This document shows, one piece after another, positions 53,328 to 64,000 of a DNA stretch of 64,000 bases. The notes under the pieces are model-generated. The model had not been told where the DNA came from. It worked only from the letters and a program-made list of their open reading frames with translations, and ran no database searches. Position numbers and translations under genes: made by a program. Numbering within the stretch: the first letter of the stretch is position 1; the number at the start of each line of letters is the position of its first letter. The DNA lies in assembly GCA_963733815.1 (NCBI GenBank), contig CAVTEG010000014.1, positions 38,861-102,860 on the forward strand, written 5' to 3'. Source of the stretch: an uncultured Acidobacteriota bacterium (GTDB lineage: Bacteria > Acidobacteriota > Thermoanaerobaculia > UBA5066 > Gp7-AA6).

Positions 53328-54029
53328 TCAGCCCTCGCGGTGCATCCCGGGGCTGAGCCGCTCGGGATGACCGGCCGGCAGCGTCTTCTTCACCCGGCTC
53401 ATCCAGAAGCTGTAGCCGCCCAGCAACGCGAGTGCGCCGTAGAAAAGCCCCATGAACAGGATCACGACGCCGCCAGGCAAGGGCCCGATGGCGGCTCTTC
53501 TCGTCACTTCTTCCAGGGACGTCGTCGCCGTGGGATGGCTCATCAACACCACCACCCAGCTGCCGAGTAGGGTCCCGTAGATCCACTGGTAGTTCCGGCG
53601 CAGGCGCCGGCCCGCGGCTTCCCACCACGGCATGTGAAAGCGCGGCCACGACAAGTCCTGCGCGAGCCGGTCGGCCCAGTCGGGAAGAGCCGGCGCCGTT
53701 CCATCGAGCAGGGGCCGATAAAAGTTGATCTCGAGCATGCGCACGCGCGAGCGCCAGATGTCGAAGAATCGGTAGCGACGAGCTTCCATTTGCAGCAGGC
53801 AAGTACAGAAGAGAGTGACGATGGGGATGATGGCGTGACGTTCGTCGCCGCGGTCGCTGAAGACGAACGTCAACGCCGTCGCGCTGACGACGATCGCCCA
53901 GTGAGAGGTCGTATCGATTCGGCTTCGCCATGCTGCCGCTTCGCCGAGCTCGCCGCGGTACAGATGGACCAGGGCGTTGATGAGCTCCGCGCGCGTGACC
54001 TGGGAAGGGTCGAACCGCGGCTCAGTCAC
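53328..54029 (-). CDS. DUF2270-like integral membrane protein
   Basis: 'LVHLYRGELGEAAAWRSRIDTTSHWAIVVSATALTFVFS...LLQMEARRYRFFDIWRSRVRMLE'. The GTG start at 54029 is tentative. The upstream part of the 431-aa ORF is antisense to other genes. Confidence 0.55.
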   Translation of the reverse strand: MTEPRFDPSQVTRAELINALVHLYRGELGEAAAWRSRIDTTSHWAIVVSATALTFVFSDRGDERHAIIPIVTLFCTCLLQMEARRYRFFDIWRSRVRMLEINFYRPLLDGTAPALPDWADRLAQDLSWPRFHMPWWEAAGRRLRRNYQWIYGTLLGSWVVVLMSHPTATTSLEEVTRRAAIGPLPGGVVILFMGLFYGALALLGGYSFWMSRVKKTLPAGHPERLSPGMHREG

Positions 54030-54221
54030 CGGGAAGCTTCGAGCATCGAGCCCCTCCCCACGGAACCTATCGGCCTCGCGTGAAGGAAAGGGTAAACGTG
54101 GAGCGAAGCCCGCCGGGGAAACCGAGGCCTCGAGAGTTGAGCCGCCTTCCTCCCGCCATTTTCCCGACACGTTCAACCCGCCTTCATCCATGCCCGATAG
54201 GGTCCCCCGCGGAGGCCAGCC

Positions 54222-54413
54222 ATGACCGAGGGACCGCAGAAGTTCTTTCTCACCTGCTCCGAGTGCAACGACCGCATGCTGATCGTGATCCCGGCAAATC
54301 CTGACGAAAGACAGGAGCGCCGCGCGACCTGCTCGAAAGGCCACACGATGACCTACGACGAGCGCACCCTGCTCGAGCCCGCCGCCGCCGGCGACAGCAA
54401 AGCGAGGGGCTGA
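54222..54413 (+). CDS. 63-aa zinc-ribbon protein (LTCSECND...CSKGH), first of a tandem trio
   Basis: GGAGG ribosome-binding site 7 nt before the ATG. Same C-x-E-C-x-D ... C-x2-G-H layout as 38172..38363. Confidence 0.55.
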   Translation: MTEGPQKFFLTCSECNDRMLIVIPANPDERQERRATCSKGHTMTYDERTLLEPAAAGDSKARG

Positions 54414-54415
54414 CC

Positions 54416-54673
54416 GTGGCAGGAAGGCTTTCGAACACCTGGCCGCTGAAGTGTCCCGAGTGTGGCGACCTCGTAAAGGTCGACTTGCCTGCGGATGTCG
54501 AGAACGGGCTGATCGGGACTGCGAAGTGTCATCGCCTCCACACCCTCCACTTCCGATACGAGGTCCTCTCAGTAACTCTCGTCGAGCTACTCCAACCAGA
54601 AAAGGTGACCCAATGGCGAACACGCGGTACGTCCAGATTCAGTGCCCCGCTTGCTGGACCAGAACCCTCGTGA
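54416..54673 (+). CDS. Zinc-ribbon protein (WPLKCPECGD...CHRLH), second of the trio
   Basis: GTG start 2 nt after the previous stop, GAGGGG ribosome-binding site. Closest paralog of the encapsulin-adjacent ORF. Confidence 0.55.
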   Translation: MAGRLSNTWPLKCPECGDLVKVDLPADVENGLIGTAKCHRLHTLHFRYEVLSVTLVELLQPEKVTQWRTRGTSRFSAPLAGPEPS

Positions 54674-54816
54674 CCGGAGACACTCCGAGGCCTTCGCGAT
54701 GTCCGGAGTGTGACCGGGAATTCGACCTGGGTCGGTCGGAAGCGAGCAGCGCGTGGGCGCACCCCGCGCCACCAAGGCCGCCGCGACCAAACGGATCATC
54801 CGGCCAACCCGGCTGA
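54613..54816 (+). CDS. Zinc-ribbon protein (QCPACW...CPECD) with Pro-rich tail, third of the trio
   Basis: ATG at 54613 follows AAGGTG and overlaps the tail of the previous ORF. CxxC-N15-CxxC. Confidence 0.45.
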   Translation: MANTRYVQIQCPACWTRTLVTGDTPRPSRCPECDREFDLGRSEASSAWAHPAPPRPPRPNGSSGQPG

Positions 54817-54887
54817 AGTGCGCGGAAACTTCACGCCGACTTAGCTGCCTCTGGAGAGCCTAGGCCGGCAACCGGAGGGCACCCGAC

Positions 54888-57377
<2,490 letters not shown>

Positions 57378-57443
57378 ACGGCGAAGCGAACACGAAGGAG
57401 ATCGTCAGGGGAACTCTGCGGCTGCCTGCCTCGAGGTAACGCC

Positions 57444-59499
57444 TCAGGTCAGGTGGCGGGCGCGGCCGAAGGCGTCCATGCGGCCCCAGCGGCCCGGGAT
57501 GTCCAGTATCTGCAGCTCGCCGATCGCCTCGGGCATCGCCGGGTCGATGATCAAGTGATCGCCTTCGGGCTCCAGGCCCAGCAGGGTGCGCAGCAACAGC
57601 AGCGGCGCCCCGGTCGCCCAGGCCTGCGGACTGCACGCAGTCGGGTACTCGACCGGGTACCTCGTGGTCTCGCGCGCGTAGCCGGCGAAGGCCTCGGGCA
57701 AGCGGTCATGGAAAAGTTCGGCCGCCTCCAGAATCCCCACGGCGAGCCGGGCCGCCTCCTTCCGGTAGCCGTAACGCCGCAAGCCCCACGCTGACGATCG
57801 ACGTGTCGTGCGGCCAAACCGTGCCCACGTGGTAGCCGATCGGGTTGAAGGATCCCTCGCCGACCGCCATCGTGCGCACGCCCCAGCCCGAGAACAGGGC
57901 GTCGCTCATCAGGTGGCGCACGCAGCTCTGGCCTTGTCCCGATCGGCGATCCCGCTCCACAGCAGGTGGCCGATGTTGGAGGTCAGCGAGTCGACTTTGC
58001 GCTTCTGGCCATCGAGCGCCAGGGCGAAAAACCCGCGCTCGGGGATCCAGAAGTCCTCGTTGAAGCGCTGCTTGAGCTCCGCGGCCTCGCGCTCGAGGCT
58101 GATCCGCCCAGGCCGGATCGCCCCAGACCAAACGCGCCAGCCGCGCCGTTCGGATGCTTGGCGTCGTAGACGTAGCCCTGCAGCTCGCAGGTGGCGCGCG
58201 GCGTGGGCGCCAGCGTGCCGTCGGCGAAGGCGATCGAATCCCACGAGTCCTTCCAGCACTGGTTGTCGAGGCCGGTCTTCCGGTTGCGTCGCTCGTACTC
58301 GACGTAGCCGTCACCGTCGCGGTCGCCGTAGTCGTCGATCCAGTCGACGGCGGCGCGCGCTTCCCGCTCCAGCGAGCGCGATCAGCCCGCGGTCGCCGGT
58401 CCAGCGCTCGTACTCGTCGAGCAGGATCAGGAACAGCATGGTCGCTGTCGGCGGCGCCGTAGTACGGCGAGTGCGGCCGCTCCTCGAAGGCGGTCAGCTC
58501 GCCGAGGCGCAGCTCGTGAGGATCTTGCCCGGCTCCTCGTCGCGGAACGGGTCGTCGACCCGCGCCTGGAGCAGGGCCAGCGTGCGCAGCGTGGTCGACG
58601 CGAGCTCGGGCGACGAAGGGCAGCGCTTGAAAGCTGGTGATCAGGCTGTCGCGCCCGAAGATGGCCATGAACCAGGGCAGCCCGGCCGCGGGCAGCGCGC
58701 CGGGGAAGATGACGCTCTGGAAGCGCAACGCCGCGAGGTCCACCAGGCTGCGCTGGTAGGTGCGCTCGAGCGGCGTCCGCACGGAGACCAGCTTGGGCGC
58801 GGCGGAGATCCACTCCTGGATGCTCGCGTCCCCCTTGGGCCGCGCCTCGGCGGCGCCGTGCCAGTTCTTGGACTTCCCGGCGCCGCCGTCCGAGCGCCAC
58901 CGGATGTTGGAGATCGCCCCTACGTCCACGTAAGTGCTCCAGCTCCCTTGCGGCGGAATGGTGATCCGGTAGAGCAAGCCCTCCTCGCTCACCTCCGCCT
59001 GGCTGCTGCTGGTGATGGTGGTCTCGCGCTGGAAGGTATCGCGCCGGTACCCCAGGGTCAGGACGCCGTCCTCCACGCGCCGGTAGACCTGACCCTTCTT
59101 GTTCGGGTTGCGGTCCTTCACCTCGAACAGGTCGGCAAAGTCCGCGGCCGCCTCGAGACGTACGGTCAGCTCCGCCGGCTCCTTGTCGTGGTTGACCAGG
59201 GTCAGCTCTTCGTGAAGGCCGTCGCCGACCCAGCGCTGCCTCTGGACGGACAGGTGAGAGTCCAGGTAGATGGTCCCCGTGGCCACCGCCAGGAAGAAGC
59301 CGACCCGGTAGTACGCCAGGTCGTCGGTGGACAGCAGCTTGGGGCGCTGGCCGTTGATGGTCAGAATCCAGCGTGAGAGAAACCGGGTGTCGTCGCGGAA
59401 CAGCCCCAGGGTCTCGGTGGCCGAGTCATCGATGTCCCCCCGGGCGTCGCTGACCACGAACTCGTTGCCGTCCAGGATGCTGACGGTGTCCTTGGGCAT
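57444..59499 (-). pseudogene. Amylo-alpha-1,6-glucosidase / glycogen debranching enzyme (GDE_N + GDE_C), frameshifted in its central part
   Basis: The N-terminal 300 aa are intact in ORF 57706..59499 ('ILDGNEFVVSDARGDI...FRDDTRFLSRW'). The C-terminal end is in ORF 57444..57782 ('PTACSPQAWATGAPLLLLR'). The middle is recoverable only across frames (for example ORF 57909..58259). Confidence 0.7.
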
Positions 59500-59502
59500 G
59501 GC

Positions 59503-59889
59503 TCAGCGTTCGTTTCGGGCGCCGCCGTCGACCTGCAGCGCGCGCGCGGAGGCGGGTGGGGGATGGAACACCGCCTGCAGTCCCAGGATGACCCGAATGG
59601 CCAGGGCGTCATCGCCCTCGGGGAGGACGCGTCCCTGCAGCATCGCCACGAGCGGGTTGAGCTTCCCGCGTTGGAACGCCGCCAGCGTTTTCTCGCTGTC
59701 ACACTTGAGGACCGCGGACGCGTCCTCGGCATCCCCGGTCGGCCTGCCGGAGATCGTTCCATCACGGATCTCCAGGATCCACGCCGGCTGGCCGGCGACG
59801 TCGACCCGTAGCCGTCCCGACAGCCCCGCCAGCGAGGGCACGGACATTGGCTGCAGCCCGGCCTCCTGCCCCTTCCTGACTTCTTCCAT
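59503..59889 (-). CDS. SCP2 sterol-carrier-like domain protein
   Basis: 'VLKCDSEKTLAAFQRGKLNPLVAMLQGRVLPEGDDALAIRV' matches the SCP2-fold pattern. It lies 4 nt upstream of the debranching gene. Confidence 0.6.
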   Translation of the reverse strand: MEEVRKGQEAGLQPMSVPSLAGLSGRLRVDVAGQPAWILEIRDGTISGRPTGDAEDASAVLKCDSEKTLAAFQRGKLNPLVAMLQGRVLPEGDDALAIRVILGLQAVFHPPPASARALQVDGGARNER

Positions 59890-59999
59890 CAGCGTCCCTC
59901 CTCAGCCGAAGATAGCCGCGACGATCTCGGCATTTGGGACAAGTATCTACCTCGATTTCCACTGTGCGCGGCTCCCGAGAATGGGGAACCGGCCGCGGA

Positions 60000-60674
60000 T
60001 CAGCGATCCGGGGCCTTCTCGAAGACGAAGAAGTGCTGAACGGGCAGAAACTCGTGGAGCGTCACGAGTCGGTATCCGGCCGGGGTCCACTCGGCGAGCA
60101 CTTGACTGGTCGACATGCGGTGCTCCTCCCGGATGTGGAGCGCGGTCAGCCCTTCGAGGCGGTACTCCACGAGCGCCACTTTGCCGGTGGGCTTCAAGGC
60201 TTCGCGTATCTTCGCGAGCGTTGCTTTCGGCTGCTGGAGCTCGTGGTAAACATCGACGAGCAAGACCCAGTCGAGCGAGTTCTTCGGCAGTTTCGGGTCG
60301 TCGGTCTCGCCGAGGACCGTCACCACGTTCCGGATTCCGGCCTTTTCGACGTTGTTCTTCAGCAGCGAGAGCATCTCGGGCTGGATGTCGACGGCGTACA
60401 CGCGGCCGGAAGGGGCGACGGCCTTTGCCAGGCGCCGCGTGAAGTAGCCGGTTCCGGCGCCGAGATCGGCGACCACGTCGCCATTCCTCAAGCCCATGGT
60501 CCGGATGATGTCGTCGGGCTTCTGTTCCTCGTCGCGACCAGGCCGCTCGAGCCAGTCCGCTCCCCCCGCGCCCATAACGGGGGCGGGGCGGCGTTGATCA
60601 CCGGCAGGGATCTGGGCGGAAGCCGGAACCGCCGCGGCTAGGGAGAGGGTAAGAACGAGGACAAGCGAGGCCAT
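60000..60674 (-). CDS. Secreted/periplasmic class I SAM-dependent methyltransferase
   Basis: Signal peptide 'MASLVLVLTLSLAAAVPASA' (ATG 60674) and 'VVADLGAGTGYFT' SAM-binding motif. Confidence 0.75.
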   Translation of the reverse strand: MASLVLVLTLSLAAAVPASAQIPAGDQRRPAPVMGAGGADWLERPGRDEEQKPDDIIRTMGLRNGDVVADLGAGTGYFTRRLAKAVAPSGRVYAVDIQPEMLSLLKNNVEKAGIRNVVTVLGETDDPKLPKNSLDWVLLVDVYHELQQPKATLAKIREALKPTGKVALVEYRLEGLTALHIREEHRMSTSQVLAEWTPAGYRLVTLHEFLPVQHFFVFEKAPDR

Positions 60675-60896
60675 TCGCCGAGGCGAATTCAGGCAGGTCT
60701 TCACGGGGCGCTCACTGCTACTCACCCCCTCCACAACAGCGAAAGAGTCCTCGATCTTCGCGGTTCAGAACGCGATGACGCGTGAGCAGAGAGCTCCCCG
60801 GTCGAGACATTTGGTCTCCCTCTCTACGGTCCGTGATACCGGGCTCCACATATACTGAGCTCCAGCGGGCCCGCCGCTCGAAGAGGAAGGCGTCGC

Positions 60897-61391
60897 ATGC
60901 GGTTGAGTCCGGCACGCTGGCTTTCATCAATCCGGACGCGCGATTGGGTGATGCACTCGGCCCGTTCGGCCATCGCCGCAGTCGCCTCTCTGTCCCTGGC
61001 GAAGCTATTGAAGATGCCCGAATCGTACTGGGCCGCGATCACCACCATCGTCGTCATGCAGTCTTCCTTGGGCGCCGCGTGGGCGCCATCGATCGAGCGG
61101 TTCGCAGGCACCGCGCTGGGCTGCGCTTTCGGCGCGTTGGTCGCGAGCTTCCTCGCGCCAAGCTGGCTCGTGTACGGCGCGGGGATCTTCGCGCTCGGAC
61201 TGATCTGCGCGGGCCTGCATCTCGATAAGTCTGCCTATCGGTTCGCAGGGCTGACGTTCACGATCGTTATCCTCGTGACTCGCCCGGGCGGACCGGTCGT
61301 CGTCGCGCTCCACCGCTTTCTGGAGGTTTCGATCGGAATTTCGGTTGGCCTCGCCATGACGGCGCTCTGGCCCGAGCGCGAGTCGGTCTAA
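60897..61391 (+). CDS. FUSC-family small membrane protein (intact copy)
   Basis: 164 aa with 'AAVASLSLAKLLKMPESYWAAITTIVVMQSSLGA' and 'RFLEVSIGISVGLAMTALWP'. Confidence 0.65.
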   Translation: MRLSPARWLSSIRTRDWVMHSARSAIAAVASLSLAKLLKMPESYWAAITTIVVMQSSLGAAWAPSIERFAGTALGCAFGALVASFLAPSWLVYGAGIFALGLICAGLHLDKSAYRFAGLTFTIVILVTRPGGPVVVALHRFLEVSIGISVGLAMTALWPERESV

Positions 61392-61709
61392 CAGAGAGGC
61401 CGGCACCCGGGTGGTGAGCTCACCACGGGCCACCTGCTCGTAGGCCGCGCGACCGTCGAAGAGAGGGCCGGTTTCCCAGACCTCCACGCCAAGCCATTCG
61501 GCCGGGCCGTGGATGATTATGCCGGCATAGTCGCGCCCGGGCACGCGGGGCGAGGTCGTGAGCTCCATCTTCCCCTCGACGTTCTTCACATCGCTGGGGC
61601 TGATCGCTCCCGCCGCGACCTTGACGATCGCTGTTGCGGAATCGGCCTTGGGATCCGGCAACTCGATCAAGCGCAGGTTCGAGACCGGGCCAAACTCGGT
61701 GAATTGCAA
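61392..61709 (-). pseudogene. Zinc-type/MDR alcohol dehydrogenase-quinone oxidoreductase remnant (GroES-like N-domain only)
   Basis: 'MQFTEFGPVSNLRLIELPDPKADSATAIVKVAAGAISPSDVKNVEGKM...PGRDYAGII' is followed directly by a C-terminal-type tail. The Rossmann domain is missing. The ORF then runs antisense through the FUSC gene. Confidence 0.4.
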
Positions 61710-61775
61710 GGCGCGCGTCGCTCAATGCTCCTCAGGGCTTGCAGGGGTTTGGCAACGGGAAGCCCGCCCCGCCCA

Positions 61776-63143
61776 CTACATGGATCGATGTCGCAGTCCG
61801 AGCACGGACATTCTGGAGAAGAGCGTGCTCGCCTTCATCCCGAGCAACTCGGCCGCGCCGCGCGGCCCGGAGACGCGGCCTCCGCTCCGGTCGAGAGCGG
61901 CCACGATCGCATCTCGTTGGTGCTTCTCCATCGCTGCGCGCGACAACGAAGGAAGCGAGCTCGACGCGGATGGCGGCTGTGGCATCGCGACCGCGGGCCC
62001 TGACTCGAACCGAAGTTGCCCATCGCGGGCGAGGATGATGGCGCGCTCGATCACGTTCTCCAGCTCCCGGATGTTGCCCGGCCAATCGCGGCTCATGAGC
62101 TGGCGCAGAGCGGCCTCGGTGAGGCGCGGCGGCTGGCGGTGGAGCCGGCGCGCGGACGCCTGGATGAAGTGCTCCGCCAGCAGCGGAATGTCTTCGCGGC
62201 GGTCGCGCAACGGCGGGTTCTCGATGGGGAACACGTTGAGCCGGTAGAAGAGGTCTCCGCGGAAGCGTCCCGACTCGACGTCCGCCGCGAGGTCGCGGTT
62301 CGTGGCGGCGACGATCCGCACATCGATCTTCCGCGTCCGTGTCTCGCCCACGCGCTCGAACGCCTTTTCTTGGAGGACGTGCAGAAGCTTGGGCTGCATC
62401 GTCAGCGGCACCTCGCCGATCTCGTCGAGCATCAGGGTGCCGCCCTGCGCCGCTCCGAAGCGTCCGGTCCGGTCGGTCAGCGCACCCGTGAAGGCGCCCT
62501 TCACGTGACCAAACAGCTCGCTCTCGAAGAGGGTTTCAGGGATGGACCCGCAGTTCACCCTCACAAACGGCGTGTTCCTTCGACGGCTCCGCTCGTGGAT
62601 GGCGCGGGCGACCAGATCCTTGCCGGTGCCGCTCTCGCCCGTGATCAGGACCGTCGCATCCGTGTCCGCCACAAGCTCGACCTGCTGCAGCACGGCCTGC
62701 AGCGCCTCGCTTTCTCCCACGATCCCGCCGATCCGGGGCACCCGGCCGGCCAGCCGCGCGGGGAAGCGACCCGACACGGCATGGCGCACCGCCGCGAGCA
62801 GGTCGTCATCGTCGAAGGGCTTCGTGAGGAAGTCGAGGACCCCCGCCTTCATGGCGCGCACCGACGTGGGGACGTCCCCGTGCGCCGTCAAGAGCATGGT
62901 CGGAGCATCCATCCCGGTCCGGGTTAGCTCCTGGTGGAGGTCGAGGCCCGACATGCCTGGAAGGGCGAGGTCCACGATCATGCAGGCCGGCGGCTCCTGC
63001 CGCGGCCGGTCGAGAAAGCTCTCCGCGGATTCGAACGTGCGGACGTGGAAGCCTTCCTCCCGTAACAGTCCTTCGACCGACTCCCGGATCAGGGAATCAT
63101 CGTCCACCACACAAACGAGGGGCCCGGCAACGCTGGTGCTCAT
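61776..63143 (-). CDS. Sigma-54-dependent response regulator (NtrC family: receiver + AAA+ + Fis HTH)
   Basis: Intact 455 aa with 'VCVVDDD', '[17 protein letters not shown]', 'GAFTGA', 'ESELFGH' and '[22 protein letters not shown]'. GGAGGTG ribosome-binding site. Confidence 0.9.
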   Translation of the reverse strand: MSTSVAGPLVCVVDDDSLIRESVEGLLREEGFHVRTFESAESFLDRPRQEPPACMIVDLALPGMSGLDLHQELTRTGMDAPTMLLTAHGDVPTSVRAMKAGVLDFLTKPFDDDDLLAAVRHAVSGRFPARLAGRVPRIGGIVGESEALQAVLQQVELVADTDATVLITGESGTGKDLVARAIHERSRRRNTPFVRVNCGSIPETLFESELFGHVKGAFTGALTDRTGRFGAAQGGTLMLDEIGEVPLTMQPKLLHVLQEKAFERVGETRTRKIDVRIVAATNRDLAADVESGRFRGDLFYRLNVFPIENPPLRDRREDIPLLAEHFIQASARRLHRQPPRLTEAALRQLMSRDWPGNIRELENVIERAIILARDGQLRFESGPAVAMPQPPSASSSLPSLSRAAMEKHQRDAIVAALDRSGGRVSGPRGAAELLGMKASTLFSRMSVLGLRHRSM

Positions 63144-63290
63144 GCTTCACCTCCATCCGGGCCAATGGACCCGGAACCGTGGGCCCTCGATCCCGCCGCC
63201 GCGTCCCACGCGGTACCTCGATCGAAGGCTGCGTTCACGACCTCGAAAACGTCCATGGACTCCCTCGCGCCGCGAGCCTCCTCCCGGGTC

Positions 63291-63665
63291 TCAAAGCCCC
63301 AGAGCCGCTCGGACGCTTCTGAGCAACACCTCGTCGTCGAATGGTTTGGCCAGAAAGTCCGCCGCGCCCGCTCTCAGCGCCTGCATCCGCAATCGCTCGT
63401 CTCCGTGAGCCGTAATGAAGATGATGGGGATCCGGATCTGCTCCGCGTTGAGCCTGGCCTGCAAGTCGATGCCCGACATGCCCGGCATGCGGACGTCGAC
63501 GATCAGGCACGAAGACAGGTGCTGCGCGCCGGAGCGCAGGAACTCCTCGGCGGACGCGAAAGCTCGTGCGGGCAATCCCGCTTCTCTCAGCAGGCCTCGC
63601 AGGGCGCCGCGCATCAACTCGTCGTCATCGATGATGGCGACCAATACCGAGTCCTGCGGAGCCAT
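63291..63665 (-). CDS. Stand-alone receiver-domain (CheY-like, FixJ-type) response regulator
   Basis: Contains 'VLVAIIDDDELMR', 'LIVDVRMPGMSGIDL' and 'IIFITAHGDERLRMQALRAGAADFLAKPF'. No output domain. I prefer the ATG at 63665 to the TTG at 63701. Confidence 0.75.
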   Translation of the reverse strand: MAPQDSVLVAIIDDDELMRGALRGLLREAGLPARAFASAEEFLRSGAQHLSSCLIVDVRMPGMSGIDLQARLNAEQIRIPIIFITAHGDERLRMQALRAGAADFLAKPFDDEVLLRSVRAALGL

Positions 63666-63692
63666 ACGGGGGAGTATTTGGCGGCAGGTTCC

Positions 63693-63829
63693 GGCCCGCA
63701 ATTATCCTTTGGTTTGACGTCGCGCGGTCTCGACCCGGCCGGCCTCCGGACCAGCTCGGCGGCCCGCAATTATCCTTTGGTTTGCCCTGGCGTCGTTTCG
63801 ACCCTGGCCGCCATCCGGACCAGCTCGGC
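63693..63829. repeat. Tandem duplication (2 x ~68 bp) of the 3' end of the FixJ-type gene
   Basis: Units 63693-63760 and 63761-63829 both start GGCCCGCAATTATCCTTTGGTTTG and end CCGGACCAGCTCGGC. Roughly 80% identical by eye. Confidence 0.85.
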
Positions 63830-64000
63830 GAACGAGCCCGCGCGCATCTTCCTCATGACGCGGCCGCGATGGATCTTGATCGTGATCTCGCTCGTTCCGA
63901 GCTCCGCGGCGACCTGCTTGTTGAGCATCCCCGACACGACGAGGGCCATGACCTCGCGCTCCCGTGGCGTCAGGCTGGCGTAACGGTCCTTCAGCGTCGA
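63770..64000 (-). CDS. FixJ/LuxR-type response regulator, C-terminal HTH part (5' end beyond the window)
   Basis: My own translation of the minus strand gives '...[74 protein letters not shown]'. The stop is the complement of TTA at 63770-63772. Confidence 0.8.
   Translation of the reverse strand, partial: STLKDRYASLTPREREVMALVVSGMLNKQVAAELGTSEITIKIHRGRVMRKMRAGSFAELVRMAARVETTPGQTKG

Noticed and set aside
53328-54623. A 431-aa ORF on the minus strand
   Set aside because: Only the C-terminal ~230 residues (DUF2270-like) are credible. The N-terminal part is antisense to the three ribosome-binding-site-preceded Zn-ribbon ORFs on the plus strand.
61005-61709. A 234-aa ORF taken as a full-length dehydrogenase
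   Set aside because: Only the first ~105 residues resemble an MDR dehydrogenase. The remainder is the antisense reading of the intact FUSC-family gene (60897..61391).
63693-63829. CRISPR-like or minisatellite array
   Set aside because: There are only two units, directly adjacent with no spacers, and unit 2 is the coding 3' end of a gene. No other short regularly spaced repeats were seen in the window.

Overview
High-GC bacterial chromosomal segment. The gene content looks like Acidobacteria or a similar lineage, but I cannot verify that from sequence alone. Intact housekeeping and stress genes are interleaved with genes that are frameshifted or truncated.

Intact genes include CIRCE-groES-groEL, Fe/Mn superoxide dismutase, glycogen phosphorylase, a family-1 encapsulin with its DyP peroxidase cargo, a cytochrome c peroxidase, an aldo/keto reductase, LysR, PAS-LuxR and NtrC-type regulators, and a SET-domain protein.

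Decayed genes include:
- an approximately 8.5-kb NdvB/cyclic-glucan-synthase-like gene with about twenty frame changes
- a complete RND/MFP/OMF efflux operon
- an MFS pump
- a VIT transporter
- an S9 peptidase
- a glycogen debranching enzyme
- a truncated malate synthase
- CorA, desaturase and dehydrogenase fragments

The signals that standard annotation would not explain are:
1. A conserved ~30-nt element ending in AACAAACGATTGGAC. It occurs six times between 22.2 and 30.5 kb, always pointing at the next gene. I read it as a candidate regulon promoter or operator.
2. A ~430-bp cassette present twice, 24.7 kb apart. It holds a 65-aa ORF under apparent purifying selection behind a structured leader that sequesters the Shine-Dalgarno sequence.
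3. Seven small CxxC zinc-ribbon ORFs at four loci, one directly after the encapsulin gene.
4. A 3' half of tRNA-fMet with its own terminator and a long palindromic element.

No CRISPR array, transposase, integrase or recognisable defence system was seen. All frameshift calls could instead be assembly errors.
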